Shown here: one piece after another, positions 13,368 to 25,705 of the stretch | Numbering within the stretch: position 1 is the stretch's first letter | Layout of the letters: each line of letters begins with the position of its first letter | Assembly: GCF_004010195.1 (NCBI RefSeq) | Contig: NC_057718.1 | Coordinates: forward strand, 105,106,300 to 105,170,299 | Reading direction: 5' to 3' | DNA: 64,000 nt | Origin: Chiloscyllium plagiosum | Lineage: Eukaryota | Position numbers and translations under genes: made by a program | The notes under the pieces: model-generated | Told to the model about the DNA's origin: nothing | Databases searched by the model: none | What the model saw: only the letters and a program-made list of their open reading frames with translations

Positions 13368-14195
13368 TCCATTCAAATGTCTTTTAAACATTGTAATTGT
13401 ACCCACATCCACCACTTGCTCTGGAAGTTTATTCCACATGCGAAGCACCCTCTGTTTTAAAAAAAATTGCTTCAAGTCTTTTTTAAAATCTCTGTCCTCT
13501 CACCTTAAAAATGTGCCCCTGATCTTAAAATTCCCATCTCAGGAAAAAGACAACTGCCATCAACGCTGTCTATACCTCTCATTATTTTATAAACTTCTGC
13601 CAGATCACCACTCAACCTCCTATTCTCCAGTGAAAAACATTCCAGCCTTTCTTTGTAACTCAAACCTTCCATATCTGGTAAATCTCTTCTGAACCCTCTC
13701 CAGTTTGATAATTTCCTTCCTATAACTGGGGGATGAAAACTGGACATAGTCCTCCAGAAGAGGCCACACCAATGTATTGTACAACCTCAACATAATGTCC
13801 CAACCCTTATGCTCAAAAGGACTGAGCAATGAAGGCAAGTATGCCAAACATCTTTTTAACCACCCTGTCTATATGTAATGCAAATATTAAAAAATAATCC
13901 ACCCTGTACTCCTAGGTCCCTCTGTTCTACAACACAACCCGAGGCCCTACCATTAATTGTATAAGTCCTACCCTTGTTTGTTGTACCAAAATGCAATACT
14001 TTGTATTTATTCAGATTGAACTCCATCTGTCATTTTTCAGCCCATTGACCCATATGATCAAGGTCCTTTCGTAACCTTAGAAAATCTTCTTCACTGTCTG
14101 CTATACTACCAATTTTGGTGTTATCCACAAACTTACTAACCACACCTTCTATGTTCTCATCTACATCATTTATATAAATGACATACAAAAGAAGA
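13368..14195 (-). mobile_element. CR1 LINE (older; its tail lies at 12232-12348), split by the + strand copy
   Basis: Minus ORFs 13505-14233 (IYIND, KFVDNTK, LERVQKRFTR). Confidence 0.88.
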
Positions 14196-16364
14196 CATTG
14201 AATGCTGTGAAGACTAGATGTATCTGTCACCAATTTTTACCATAAATTATGTCATGTTGTTAATTATTACTGATGGGATGGAATTCTAAGTGGCAGTAGG
14301 AAACAGCAGTATTCCTAATGTAGATTATAAGATCTGAGTGAAGAAATCTGAATTGTGAAACATTTCAAAATAACTCCAGATTCTGGTGTTCATTGTTGAA
14401 AATAATGTTGAACTTGGTGTTCGACTTTATTTTACTTTTATGTAAATTTATCTTGCAATATGTGTGATTTGATTTGTGTTTTAGTCTGAAATGTACAGTC
14501 AGTCAGCATTTATTTTCAGTGCTATAAGGAGGTAAATAGGATAATGTATTGCAACTTTTCCTCATACCATCCTGAAACATCTCCTTCTCTGCGGGTGTGT
14601 ATATTTACGTTTTTAATGCTACAGCCCAACCAATCAGAGGCTGATCATCAAACAGAATTTCCTTAACTCAAGGACTCCATCTAGAATTCTCCTTGAACTA
14701 TTTCAAAAACCAACATTGTATTTCACAGATTAAAAGTATGTCGCACTTGATTTTCAAGTTGCAAAACTCTCCTGATATTTCAATTGCATAGTAGTCCAAC
14801 TTCCATTCAATTTATAGTCACAAAAAAGAAAAGAAAAACTATGGTCTCTTACAAATGGCTATCTGAATTATTAATTCTGTTGTCCAGTAAGTTGTTCATT
14901 TGATGAATGATGTAAAATGTTCAGCTCACTGATAACAATTAGCTGCACTGTTCCTGTGAGCACAAGTAGGGAGACTCCAATTCACGGGTTGTTGTTTGCT
15001 CTGTTGCATGCTATCACTGAGACTAGGTCCAGTTTGATTTTGATGAACAATGTAAATGGTAATATAGTTCTCAATCCCATGTGGCTACATCTGTAAGGAA
15101 TTGTAGTTGAAGCGCATAGCATTGGGCATTTTTAAAAAGAATTCTGTGAAAGATTCCATGAAAGGTGTATTGCAAGAACGTTATCCATGTTAAAAAGATG
15201 GATTATCACGCAACTGATAAGTTTGTATGTTGTAAAATATTGACTTGATCACAAAGTTTCATGTATCAAGAGTTCTCATTCATGTGAAAAATTCCAAATG
15301 GATCCAAATATTGCATTCAGAAGACTGGCTATCTGTCTTTGGGATGGACGCTTTTATATTGGTCTTCAATCAAAAGTAATTCTAGTTCAGTGTGCATACA
15401 ATAATTCATCAAGTATGCAACTGGTGATGAGCATGCTTATCATCAAGAATAAGATCCTTCTGACTTCTGTGCATTTTAATACTTTCTAGTGAAAGATTGG
15501 TTCAGTGGTGCTTCGTCTCAACTGTGCAAAACCCAGTGTTCTGGATTGCTTGCCAAGTGGGTAATTCCATCATGGCCTGTGTCCTGGATCTTGGTTCAAA
15601 ATCCTTCTTGAGTATAGTCTTGACAAAGTTTTGTTTTGTTGTCTTGGAACAGATTGTGGTAGTAACCTTGCAGTGCCACATATTGTATCTAAATTATCAT
15701 GAGGAACTTTCAAGTTTCCTAAACTGCCGCTCTCTGAATTCAAATTTATTCTTCGAGGTGGCTGATCCCAGTTGAACTTTCTAACTAGGTTCTCCATCTT
15801 GGCAGGAAAACTGGGAATGGTCAGTCCTTCCAGTTAAGACTGGTGTTGCACTTCCATGGTGTAAATGGGTTGGAGCACACAGCTTTGCTTGGATCATTTT
15901 ATTCTGCATTGGTTTCTGAAGAATAAGCATTTTAATTCAAAAGAAAATGAGAATAGTTTGAAAAAATATGGAAAGTACCTTCTGTTGGATACCCTGCACG
16001 AAATGTAACCTGTCAATTTTCTTTTTCAGATGTTGTATCTTGCTGTATATTTTTGCTTCATTTTTCATTCTTGTTTAATTTCTAAACTTTGATTTTTTTA
16101 AGATCTACAATGTATGTTGCGATTGAGCTTGTGCTTTACCTTTGCCTTTGTATGCACCTCCCCAGTTTTCAAGTATCATTCTTGTGCTCAAGCATTTAAG
16201 GGACCCATGTCACAACTAAGTCTGTGCTGCACCACTTAGAATTAGCCTAATGGTTACTGTCAGTTCAACATCTAATACTAACAAGTTTGTAGGATGATAG
16301 TAATGACTGCCGATGGAGGGAATTGTATTTATGAAATGTTTTGTCTGTTGTTGTCTTTTATTAG

Positions 16365-16562
16365 ATTGGCCGTTCAACGGAGAGCCCAATTGATTTTGTG
16401 GTGACGGATACTGTGCCAGGAAGTCAGAGTAATGCTGATACCCAGTCTGCTCAAAGCACTATATCCCGATTTGCCTGTCGTATTATATGTGAAAGGAATC
16501 TTCCTTACACTGCCAGGATATATGCAGCTGGATTTGACTCATTTAAGAATATTTTTCTTGGA
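16365..16562 (+). CDS. PELI1: Pellino-1 coding exon 4, FHA core (IGRSTESPIDFVV...KNIFLG)
   Basis: IGRS and STISRFACRI FHA motifs; ttag acceptor, gtaag donor; 198 nt. Confidence 0.97.
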
Positions 16563-16663
16563 GTAAGTCAAATTGAAAGTAAGCTGTTGACTGTATGATA
16601 TTGGGTTTGAAGTGCTTTTGCCCAGTGGAGATTCATTTTTGTTTTCTCCTGCTCCTCTTTCAG

Positions 16664-16852
16664 GAGAAGGCCGCCAAATGGAAAACCTCTGATGGTCAGA
16701 TGGATGGTTTAACCACAAATGGTGTCCTTGTTATGCATCCAAGACTTGGTTTTACAGAAGATTCCAAGCCAGGAGTCTGGAGAGAAATATCTGTCTGTGG
16801 CAATGTTTTTACCCTGAGAGAAACTAGGTCGGCACAACAGCGAGGAAGAATG
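16664..16852 (+). CDS. PELI1: Pellino-1 coding exon 5 (EKAAKWKT...DGLTTNG...QQRGRM)
   Basis: ORF 16595..16876; cag acceptor, gttag donor; 189 nt. Confidence 0.97.
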
Positions 16853-17182
16853 GTTAGTTACTCAGAAAAAGCTTAGAAAAAGATATTGAGACAATAAGGA
16901 GGACTTCTTGAATTGAATGAAGTACTCAGTTAAAGAAGTAGGATTTTAAACTTGAATAATCCACACACTCTCTGCCACTTGTTGACCACCATACTGCTGG
17001 CTGGGGAGCCACTGTTTCTTTAATACTGAACTTTTTTCCACAAGCCTAGATGCATTTTAACTTTAGATTCGGCTTTTTGCTGACTTGTGTTTACAATCAG
17101 TTTCTTTATGCCAGAGTATGATATGGCAAATTACCTCTCCACAATATGTTCTTCTGATTCCCTTTTTGTTTTTATTTCACAG

Positions 17183-17746
17183 GTTGAGAATGAAACCAAT
17201 GTATTGCAAGATGGTTCTTTAATAGATCTGTGTGGAGCAACTCTACTTTGGCGCACGGCAGAGGGACTCGCTCACACTCCAACTGTTAAACATCTGGAAG
17301 CCCTTCGTCAGGAGATCAATGCAGCCAGGCCACAGTGTCCGGTTGGGTTTAATACACTGGCCTTCCCCAGTATGAAAAGGAAAGATGTAGATGAGAAACA
17401 ACCATGGGTGTATCTTAACTGTGGACATGTACATGGCTTTCATAACTGGGGAAACAAGGATGAGCGAGATGGAAAAGAGAGGGAGTGTCCTATGTGCCGA
17501 TCATTGGGCCCATACGTTCCACTGTGGCTGGGGAGCGAGGCTGGATTTTATGTTGATGCAGGACCTCCAACTCATGCGTTCAGCCCTTGTGGACATGTTT
17601 GCTCAGAAAAGACTACAACTTATTGGTCCCAAATCCCTCTTCCTCATGGCACCCACACTTTCCATGCAGCCTGTCCTTTCTGTTCCACTCAACTCACTGG
17701 GGAACAAGGATATGTTAGACTTATCTTCCAGGGACCTCTTGACTAA
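17183..17746 (+). CDS. PELI1: Pellino-1 last coding exon, RING-like domain to stop (...RLIFQGPLD*)
   Basis: CGH, CPMC, CGHVC and CPFC RING-like ligands; GPLD end typical of PELI1; exons sum to 1260 nt (419 aa plus stop). Confidence 0.97.
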   Translation, partial: VENETNVLQDGSLIDLCGATLLWRTAEGLAHTPTVKHLEALRQEINAARPQCPVGFNTLAFPSMKRKDVDEKQPWVYLNCGHVHGFHNWGNKDERDGKERECPMCRSLGPYVPLWLGSEAGFYVDAGPPTHAFSPCGHVCSEKTTTYWSQIPLPHGTHTFHAACPFCSTQLTGEQGYVRLIFQGPLD

Positions 17747-19745
17747 GAACACAACTTTATTAACTGCAGGGGAAAACAGATCGTAGAAAGACATTTGATA
17801 TCTTTGAGAATTATAAGCTAGTTTTCTATAATGAATTCCATGGGTTTTGGATTTTGTCTGTTCTGGAACATAACCTGACTTCGTAGTTCTTCTTGAGGAA
17901 AGAAACCTCGTTTTCATTGATGTTGTCTACAGAACTGCTTTTGATATGTCTGCATTTCTTAAACACAAGTATTTTGAAATACAGAAACTTGTTGCCCAAA
18001 TATTTAAAACAAACGAACAACTCTTATGTTGGTCCTCTTCACAAATACAGTACCAGTTATAAGATTTGGAGATTGTGTTGCTTTAATAAAATATGGATTC
18101 ATTTTTAGCTGATTTGACCTAATTTGTAATGGGCTGAATAAATCTAATGCAACTTGATAAGATAGTCTATTAGTCATAGAAGCTGCAGTCTGATCCAGTA
18201 AAACACACCTTGTTTCAACACCATTTGTGTAAAGAATTTAATCCTAAAATTTAGGAACAAAAGGTTTGATTTCTTACTTTGAGCTATCATTATAAGATAC
18301 TGCAATACCCTTGTAGTATCTGTGTAAGAGGAGTTGGGCAGAATAATTACCTCTAGCTTCCAAAGGAATATCAGCAGAGTTAATTACAGGTAACATTAAC
18401 AGATCTTTGATCTGTTGATTACAGTTGAGACCCAAGGTAGATGCAACTTCACAAAGCCTCATGTGTTTTATTCAGTAGCAGTAGGCTAGGGGTAAGAATG
18501 CGTGTGAATTGGGCACACTGAATATTTTGTAGCTATTTACTACAAAGTAATAACAGGCTACTGTAATGTAATTGCATAAAGCTAGCTCTGTGCAAGTGTC
18601 TGCATTTAACATCCCAATAATGGCCAGTGCTCCATGTCATTGTGCCAAAATAACATTTGACATGCTGTCACAGTGATAAAGGTGTACCACCTTGAATTTC
18701 ATTACAGTAATTGTTTACACAAGCTTACCTGTTAAACTACTTCCAAGCTGTAACTGAGGATGTGTGAAGCTGGCTTATTTTACTGTATTGCAGCTTTCAA
18801 GTTCTGTCGGGTCTTTTGTACTAAATTATTGCCTGAAATGTATGTAGCTTTAGGTATTTGTAGGGGATGCTTAGCATATATGGAATGCTAACTTATAAAG
18901 TCTTGATTTTGTGGAGTCATATTATCTTGGGATGTGCAAAACTGTTCTCTGATTCTGGTCAACTAACTTGTACCCTGAGCAATGATTAACTTTGTCCCTT
19001 TAACTTGATGATATTGCTGCCCTTTAATTCAGTTTACTGTATAGAATAAACCTTCTCATTACAGAGCAAATTTTAGAAGAAAAGAAATGCTGAATCAGCT
19101 CCTTTTGTTAACATAAATGAGTTAAATAATCTCTCAAATTTGAGCTGATTTACTTGATGCATTTTTTAATGTATTGTGTTCTCTACCTTGTCTGATTCCC
19201 TTACTTGTTTTCTCACCCTCTCAATTTACATCCACTGCAGAAAAAGGGACAAATATGTAAATGTGGCCACAACATTACCAGTTACTTGTAATGCAACGTT
19301 TCCTAGCTCTGATGGATAATACTGACAGTAGTGCATTAAACTGTCTCAGGGTTTAAGATGTGGATTCCGTACTCATTCATGAATTCTGTTTGACCATAAA
19401 TTTGGTAAGTGATTCTATGTTGCACAAATATATGGATTTTAAAAAAAACTTGATTGCAGTCATGTTTATTTGTTGCTGTTGGCATAAACAGTTCTATTAA
19501 GGATATAAATCATCTGGTTTTTAATCAACGTGCTTGTGTCTTCACAAGTCACAAGGTCAATTTCAGGTGCAGCTGATTCTGTAGATTACCACCCTCCTTT
19601 CACAGCAACACCCACTTCCACTGTTTAATGAATGCTATGTCAAACCATCCACTAGAAGAATGAATTAAGTAGTACATTCTGGACTTAGAAGCTGACGTTT
19701 GCCATATCATTAATGCCTTCGATAGACTGGCCTAATTGTAATAAA
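17747..19745 (+). other. PELI1: Probable PELI1 3' UTR with candidate poly(A) signals
   Basis: AT-rich stretch with no recognisable repeat; AATAAA at 18085, 18137, 19045 and 19740; true end unknown. Confidence 0.5.
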
Positions 19746-19859
19746 AGAGAATATAATGTTGTTGAACTTTGCCAAAGAAGCAGAAGCTTTCAAAAACTAG
19801 ATTTTCAAGGCTACAGGGAAAAGGCAGGACAATGGTATGAGATAAGTTGTTCAACCTAA

Positions 19860-20050
19860 ATAAAAATAGAAATTGCTGGAAAAGCTCAGCAGGTCTGGCA
19901 GTGGGAAACCAGTTTTGGGGAAGGGTAACTGAACTTGAAACATCAACTCTGATTTCTCGCCACACATACTGCCAGACCTGCTGAGTTTTTCCAGCAATTT
20001 CTATTTTTGTTTCTGATTTACAGCATCCATAGTTCTTTCGGTTTTTATTT
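19860..20050. mobile_element. Fold-back PLE-derived short element
   Basis: 19862-19902 is the near-perfect reverse complement of 19968-20008; decayed stem II and GAAAC in the loop. Confidence 0.7.
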
Positions 20051-20789
20051 GCTCAAGTATAAGGCTGACATAGAAATGATGGGCTGAATGGTCACTTGTG
20101 GCCATTCTGTGATTCTATTAAACTAAATTTACACAGTTTGAGCTGCAGACAATTTTCTCCAAAGGTGGCAATTTCTAAGTATTAGACCATGTTTTCTGTT
20201 TTTGTGGTGGGATTATAAAGTGAAGTGCAAGTCTGGCTGCTATAGCTGGAATAGCAAGAAAGTTTTGCAACTTGAAGATCAAGTGTTATATATTATTGAG
20301 CTGTGCAGTACAATGTTTTTTGGAAGCAATGAGGAAGAATTTGAAACTGAACAGCATTGAGAATCTTGACTTGAGGAAATTCTGCTTGACAACGGCCCTC
20401 TGATTAAGCTGCAGCGAGTTAAGAAGCTGCAAGTTCCAAGAGCAACAGACTGAAAGAAACGTCCAGAGCCTGCAGACAAGAAATCTCCATTTCTCTTTAA
20501 ACTAAGAAAGCTTAAAAGGTCTTGTCTTGGATGAATTTGAAATTCACTTGATTAACCATTTGAATTGGAAGACAACCATCACTATACAGACAACAGCATC
20601 TCATCTTTGTGATCTGGACTTTTGAGCTTCAGAATTCTGCTTGCCCTGCTTCAGTCTTGTTACACACACCTATGTTAAACTAGTTGTCTGTTGTCAATCT
20701 TATTCGTATGTGTGTGTTTTTGTGTGGTGGGAGGAGTGGAGTGGGAAGTGGAAATGGTTGGAGTTGCCGAAATTCTTTTCATGGTAAGT

Positions 20790-21010
20790 CAAATAACACT
20801 TCAGTCCTACCAGATCATAGGGCTACTCTCTTGATCAAGAGAGATGACTGGAGGTGGTTTAACCTGAGGGTCACCATGCCTCAGGTGAAGGGAGAGCTTG
20901 AAAAGGAGGATCCTTCATGGTAACCTCAGCTGGTGCAAGAATTGAACCCATTCTGTTGGTGTCACTTTGCATCACAAACCAGCTATCCAGCCACCTGAGC
21001 TAAGTGGCCC
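20790..21010 (-). mobile_element. tRNA-derived SINE, second family
   Basis: Minus strand starts gggccacttagctcaggtgg (A box) ... gggttcaattc (B box). Confidence 0.6.
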
Positions 21011-24000
21011 ATCTCTGTTCCACTTTCCCCTTAATGTATGTTGCAACAATTGCTTTTGTCCTGAGTAGCAGTCAGTCTGGCAAGTTTCATTGGGCTTTTA
21101 TATATCCACAATCTGATTCACACATTTGGTAACAGTGAGGACAATTATTGGTATACACTTACTAGTTAGGTCATGATGTTACAGCTTGTTTGGGTTTAGT
21201 AGTGTATATTTTTACTGGAGTTGTGACTGCATTTGAAGAAATGTTAAATAAAAAGATCCCTTTATCACAGTTCATCCCAAATGCTTCTGCAACATCTGTA
21301 AATATTTAAAAAACCTCAAACTGATCCATTGACATTGGAAGATATGGGGGGTTAAAGTGCTACTGCGAAGTAGCTGACATTAAGTGACATAACCTTTGAA
21401 TGACAAATAGAGGATGACCTGGTTGAAGACTGAGTGAGAAACTAGTCGAGAAAAATAGAGAAAACCAGGAGAGTTTCTCAAAGAATGGGAAAAGCAACAA
21501 AAGCACAGATAAAAATGTTATGGGACTGAAAGAGTGAGTGGTTGCAGGTGACAAAAAAATAGTGGAGCCAATTGCTGGAATTCTTTCAAAACAAAACTAA
21601 ATGAATACATAAAGTGAAAAGGGAATAGAGCAGGAGGTGAAAGCCTGAGACAAGTTGGATGGAATGGGAAGGAGACTGAGCTGGACTGTATGTCCTATCG
21701 CTGATGAGTTGGGCTGAATGACCGATTTCTGTGCTGTACCTTCTATGTAAAAGGAAAGGCTGACTAGAAAATTGTTTTAATGATTCTAGGCAAGGATTGG
21801 GAGAGAGTGAGACATGCCATGTTTTTCTGATATTATGCTCTAAACTTCTGTTCAAATATTAATGAAGATTTTCATATATCTCAGTGTCAGTGATTTGATA
21901 TATAACTTGTCTGTCAAATGCAGTGATCCAGCTGAATTCATGTGTTGCTTAAGTCCTGTTTAGGCCTCTATGGAACTGCAATAACATTCCAGAACTCTAT
22001 TCTTCAAAATCCAGACCTGAAGATGGTACAGTTAAACTCTAATGCCAAAAGTTGATTGTTGTGAAGCATTTGCTGTGGTTATGTCCACAGAATGTGCCAG
22101 ACCTGCTGAGTATTTCCAACATTTTGTGTTTAAGTTCAAAATGATTTGCTTAGCGCTTTAGTATTTCCTAAACAGGCATTTTTCTTTTTGCATAATATAT
22201 GGCATGATGGGTATTAGTTTGATGTCTTTAGAAATAGTTCGACATGAACCAGTTACTCAATTTTCTGTAATTATTGCATTGTAACACATTTACCAGATTT
22301 GCTCTTATGTTAGATATCAAATTAGTGTCTGCAGAATTAACTATACACAATAGGATGGGGCAGCTCTCTGAATAGTTCCTTCCAATGACCATGAAACCTG
22401 ATAAGCAGGCAGAAGTAGTGTAAATAATTGGATTCCTGCAGGCACAATGCACCATGGACTACTCCCTGAGTGGCTGCAGTGAGGAACCAGCTGTTTCTCA
22501 ACAGGAACATTCATGTGATGTTCAGCTCACTTTTAATATTTTTAGGCAAGTTCGTGCCCAGTTTCCTGGCTGTAGTTATGTTGCACTCATACTGCACTGG
22601 TCCTCTGTATCCCCCCAGTTCCACCCCGTTCATTGAATGACTTTTATTGAATGACGACCCCATCTTCAACTTGCTCAAGGAGCTTGAACAAAACCTGGGC
22701 ATATGTTCAGAACAGGAATCCAGCCCAACAACACCCAAAGCTCTCAGAATGCAAAGGGTGAGCACCTGGAAACAAAATCCACTTTAGTCCATTCAGGTTG
22801 ATCTCTTTCATTCAGAGCATCCATGGGCCAGCACAGACTCATGATGGTGAATGATGTTGGTGGAGGCAAGATGGCATCCAAGAATGGCAGCCTGGTTGCA
22901 ATGACAGCAGTGCAGGGTGCAAGCTGTGCCAGGACCTAGGTACCTGATGGCCGGGGCAGTGATGTTCTAGCTGCAGCTGCGTGTGGGGACCCGGGGCACC
23001 TGAGTGTTCGCAGACTGAAGGATGGGCTTTATTGCTTTGTTTTTCTGGCAGCGAGGACTCATGGCAAAGGGTGGGGGAATGGTCTGGATTTTCTTTTTGT
23101 GACTGTTTTTAACCCTGTTTTGTATACTAAGATGCCGCTAGAGAATGGTGACTACTTTTTACTGTACTCCAGTATTCCTGTGCACATGACTCAATCTAAA
23201 TTAATTAATATTAGTTGCATGCTGAACTGCTTTGCCCATTAACTGGAAGTAGTAGTGGAACCCCAAGAGATAAATGGGGTTGAGAAAGAGGACGATGCGG
23301 TCTCAGAGCAATAATGTGAGCTGCCAGAGATGAGCAACAGGAAGTTGACATTTCTCAAAATTATCCTTTGGTTAAGGACCAACTCTTTCTCTTTCTTTGT
23401 CCCAGTTCTTACAAGCATTATTTCAATATCCTGCTTTGGAGTCAACTTCACAGGTTTCCCTGCACTATTGTGAGGATTATGAATAGCAACAGATACTGAC
23501 AAAAAAAAATTACTTCATTGTTCAAAAATATACACATTGATTTCACCAATTCATCTATTTATGTTCATTAACAAAGCAGACTTATGCAAAGCTTCTAATG
23601 TTTGGCCTGTAAATCCCAACCCATACTGCTGCTGGTTTCCCACTGAATACACTCGAAGGTGCAGAGTCCATGCAATTCTAATGAAGGCATCTGAGATATC
23701 CCTGGTTTCTGATGTCAAGGAGCTCAAGCTGTTTAGGATCTTCTGGGAAAGGTCTGCATCTGAACTTGGGCTGGAGCAGTTTGGTCCTGCTGGTTATCGA
23801 TGGGCAGGCTGATGAGTAAGCAGCATGGCGACACACTGAGAAAGGACAACTATTAACCAGATCCATTCTGTTGACCTGAGTGCTAACATAGTGCAGGCAG
23901 GCTTGGAAGTTCTCAAAGCTACTTCCCAAGGCACCTTTCAGCTTCTGTAAAACTGCCAGGGTAGCAGCGGTCTTCATTTGCAGACCTCACCACCAGAGGC

Positions 24001-24119
24001 TGTAACCATACAGAAATCCCCTAATGCCTCAACAATTGATCACTTGATCCAGGCAGGCTATATAGCCTTATTGTCATTTGCAAAGAGAGTTTACTAGTGG
24101 AGCTGTGAACTCCAATTCC

Positions 24120-25705
24120 AGTCAACTCCATATTCCCACTGACCAGTAATAAACTTTCATTATTTTGTTAGTCAAAAATGTATTCATGTCGACAGCATAG
24201 AAAATACTCAGTGACCCATCCTCCTTTGTTCTGTGGGGAAGGGTGTTCCAAAGACTCATGACCCTTCGAGAGAAATAAATTTTCTTCAGTTCAGTCATAC
24301 GTGTCTTTTTGAACTGTATCCTCTACTTCTAACTTCCAGGTCAGCCATGATCTCATCGAATCGTGGAGCAGATGTGAGGGGCTGTATGGCCTACTCCTGT
24401 TCCAGTGCCTCTTTCATGAGGTAAATATTTCCTCAGCATCGGGTCACCTCTTGTTCTTCTAAACTTCAATGGTTAACAGGCCCAGTCCAAACTTTTCTCC
24501 TAAGCTCATCTCCGCAAACCCCCAACTCAGAGATTTTTCAAACGAACCTTCTTTGAACTGCTTTAATGTTTTTACACCCTTTCTTAAACAAGGCAACCAA
24601 AACTTTAATCGTCTTCCACATGTGCTGTGTAACAGTAGTAAAACATGTCCACTTTTAAATTCCATTGCCCTGGCAATAAGCATGAAATGGCAATCCTCTG
24701 CAGAATTCCCTCAGTAATTCAGTGCGTAGGTTTTGTAGTTGAGTCATAAGATCGTAAGATTTAGGAGCAGAACCCTGTTGAGTCTGCTCCATATTTCAAT
24801 GAGATGAGTTTCAACTCCTGTTTCCTGTTTCCTTTCCCTGTAAGCCTGGATTTCCATACTGATTAAAAAGCTATCTCAGCTCTGAATATATTTCATGACC
24901 CAGCTTCACTAGCCCTCTACAGGAAAGAATTACCATTAGATATAGGAGCAGATTTTGGCTATTTGGCCCATCGAGTCTACCCCGCCATTCAATCATGGCT
25001 GATATGCTTCTCAAGCCCATTATCATGCCTTCTCCCTGTAACCCTTGATCCCCTTACTAATCAAGACTCTGTCTCTGTCTTAAATACACTCAATGACTTG
25101 GCCTCCTCAGCGCTCTGCGGCAATGAATTCCACAGATTCACCACCCTCTGGCTGAAGAACTTCCTCCTCATCTCACTTCTACAGGATCCTCCATTCACTT
25201 TGAGGCTGTACCACCAGGTCCTAGTTTCTTTTATAATTGGATACATCTCCATGTCCCATCTATCCATGCCTGTCAGTATTCTATGTTTCAATCAGATTCC
25301 ACCACCCCCGATCCTTCTTAATTCCATCAAATACAGACCCAGAATCTGCAAACACTCATTTCACAAAGCCTTTATTCTCAGGAACGATCTTGTAAAATTC
25401 CACTGGATCCCTCTGATGCCAGGACATCCTTTCTTAGATACGGGGCTCAAAACCCTTCACAACATTCCAAATACAGACTGAACAGAGCCTCAACAGTACA
25501 TCTCTGCTCTTATATTTTAGTCTTCTTGAAATTAATGGCATAATTGCATTTGCCTTCCTAACTGCCAACTAAACCTGCATGTTAACCTTAAGAATTATAA
25601 ACTAGGACTCCAAATCCCTTTGCGCTTCAGATTTCTGAAGCCCCCTTTCCCCATTTATAAAAAAAAAATGCATCTTCTTCCTACCCAAGTGCAGAACCTC
25701 ACACT
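24120..25705 (-). mobile_element. Cluster of CR1 3' fragments; the last continues at 27541-28490
   Basis: FFSQRVVNLWNSLP motif; sequence resumes after the PLE insertion (IYLDFQKAF, QGSVLG). Confidence 0.8.

Noticed and set aside
14560..14700. CCAAT-containing intronic segment as an enhancer or alternative promoter
   Set aside because: An isolated motif cannot be supported without conservation or chromatin data
4792..17746. Assignment to PELI2 or PELI3
   Set aside because: MFSPDQEN start, GPLD end and adjacency to VPS54 fit PELI1
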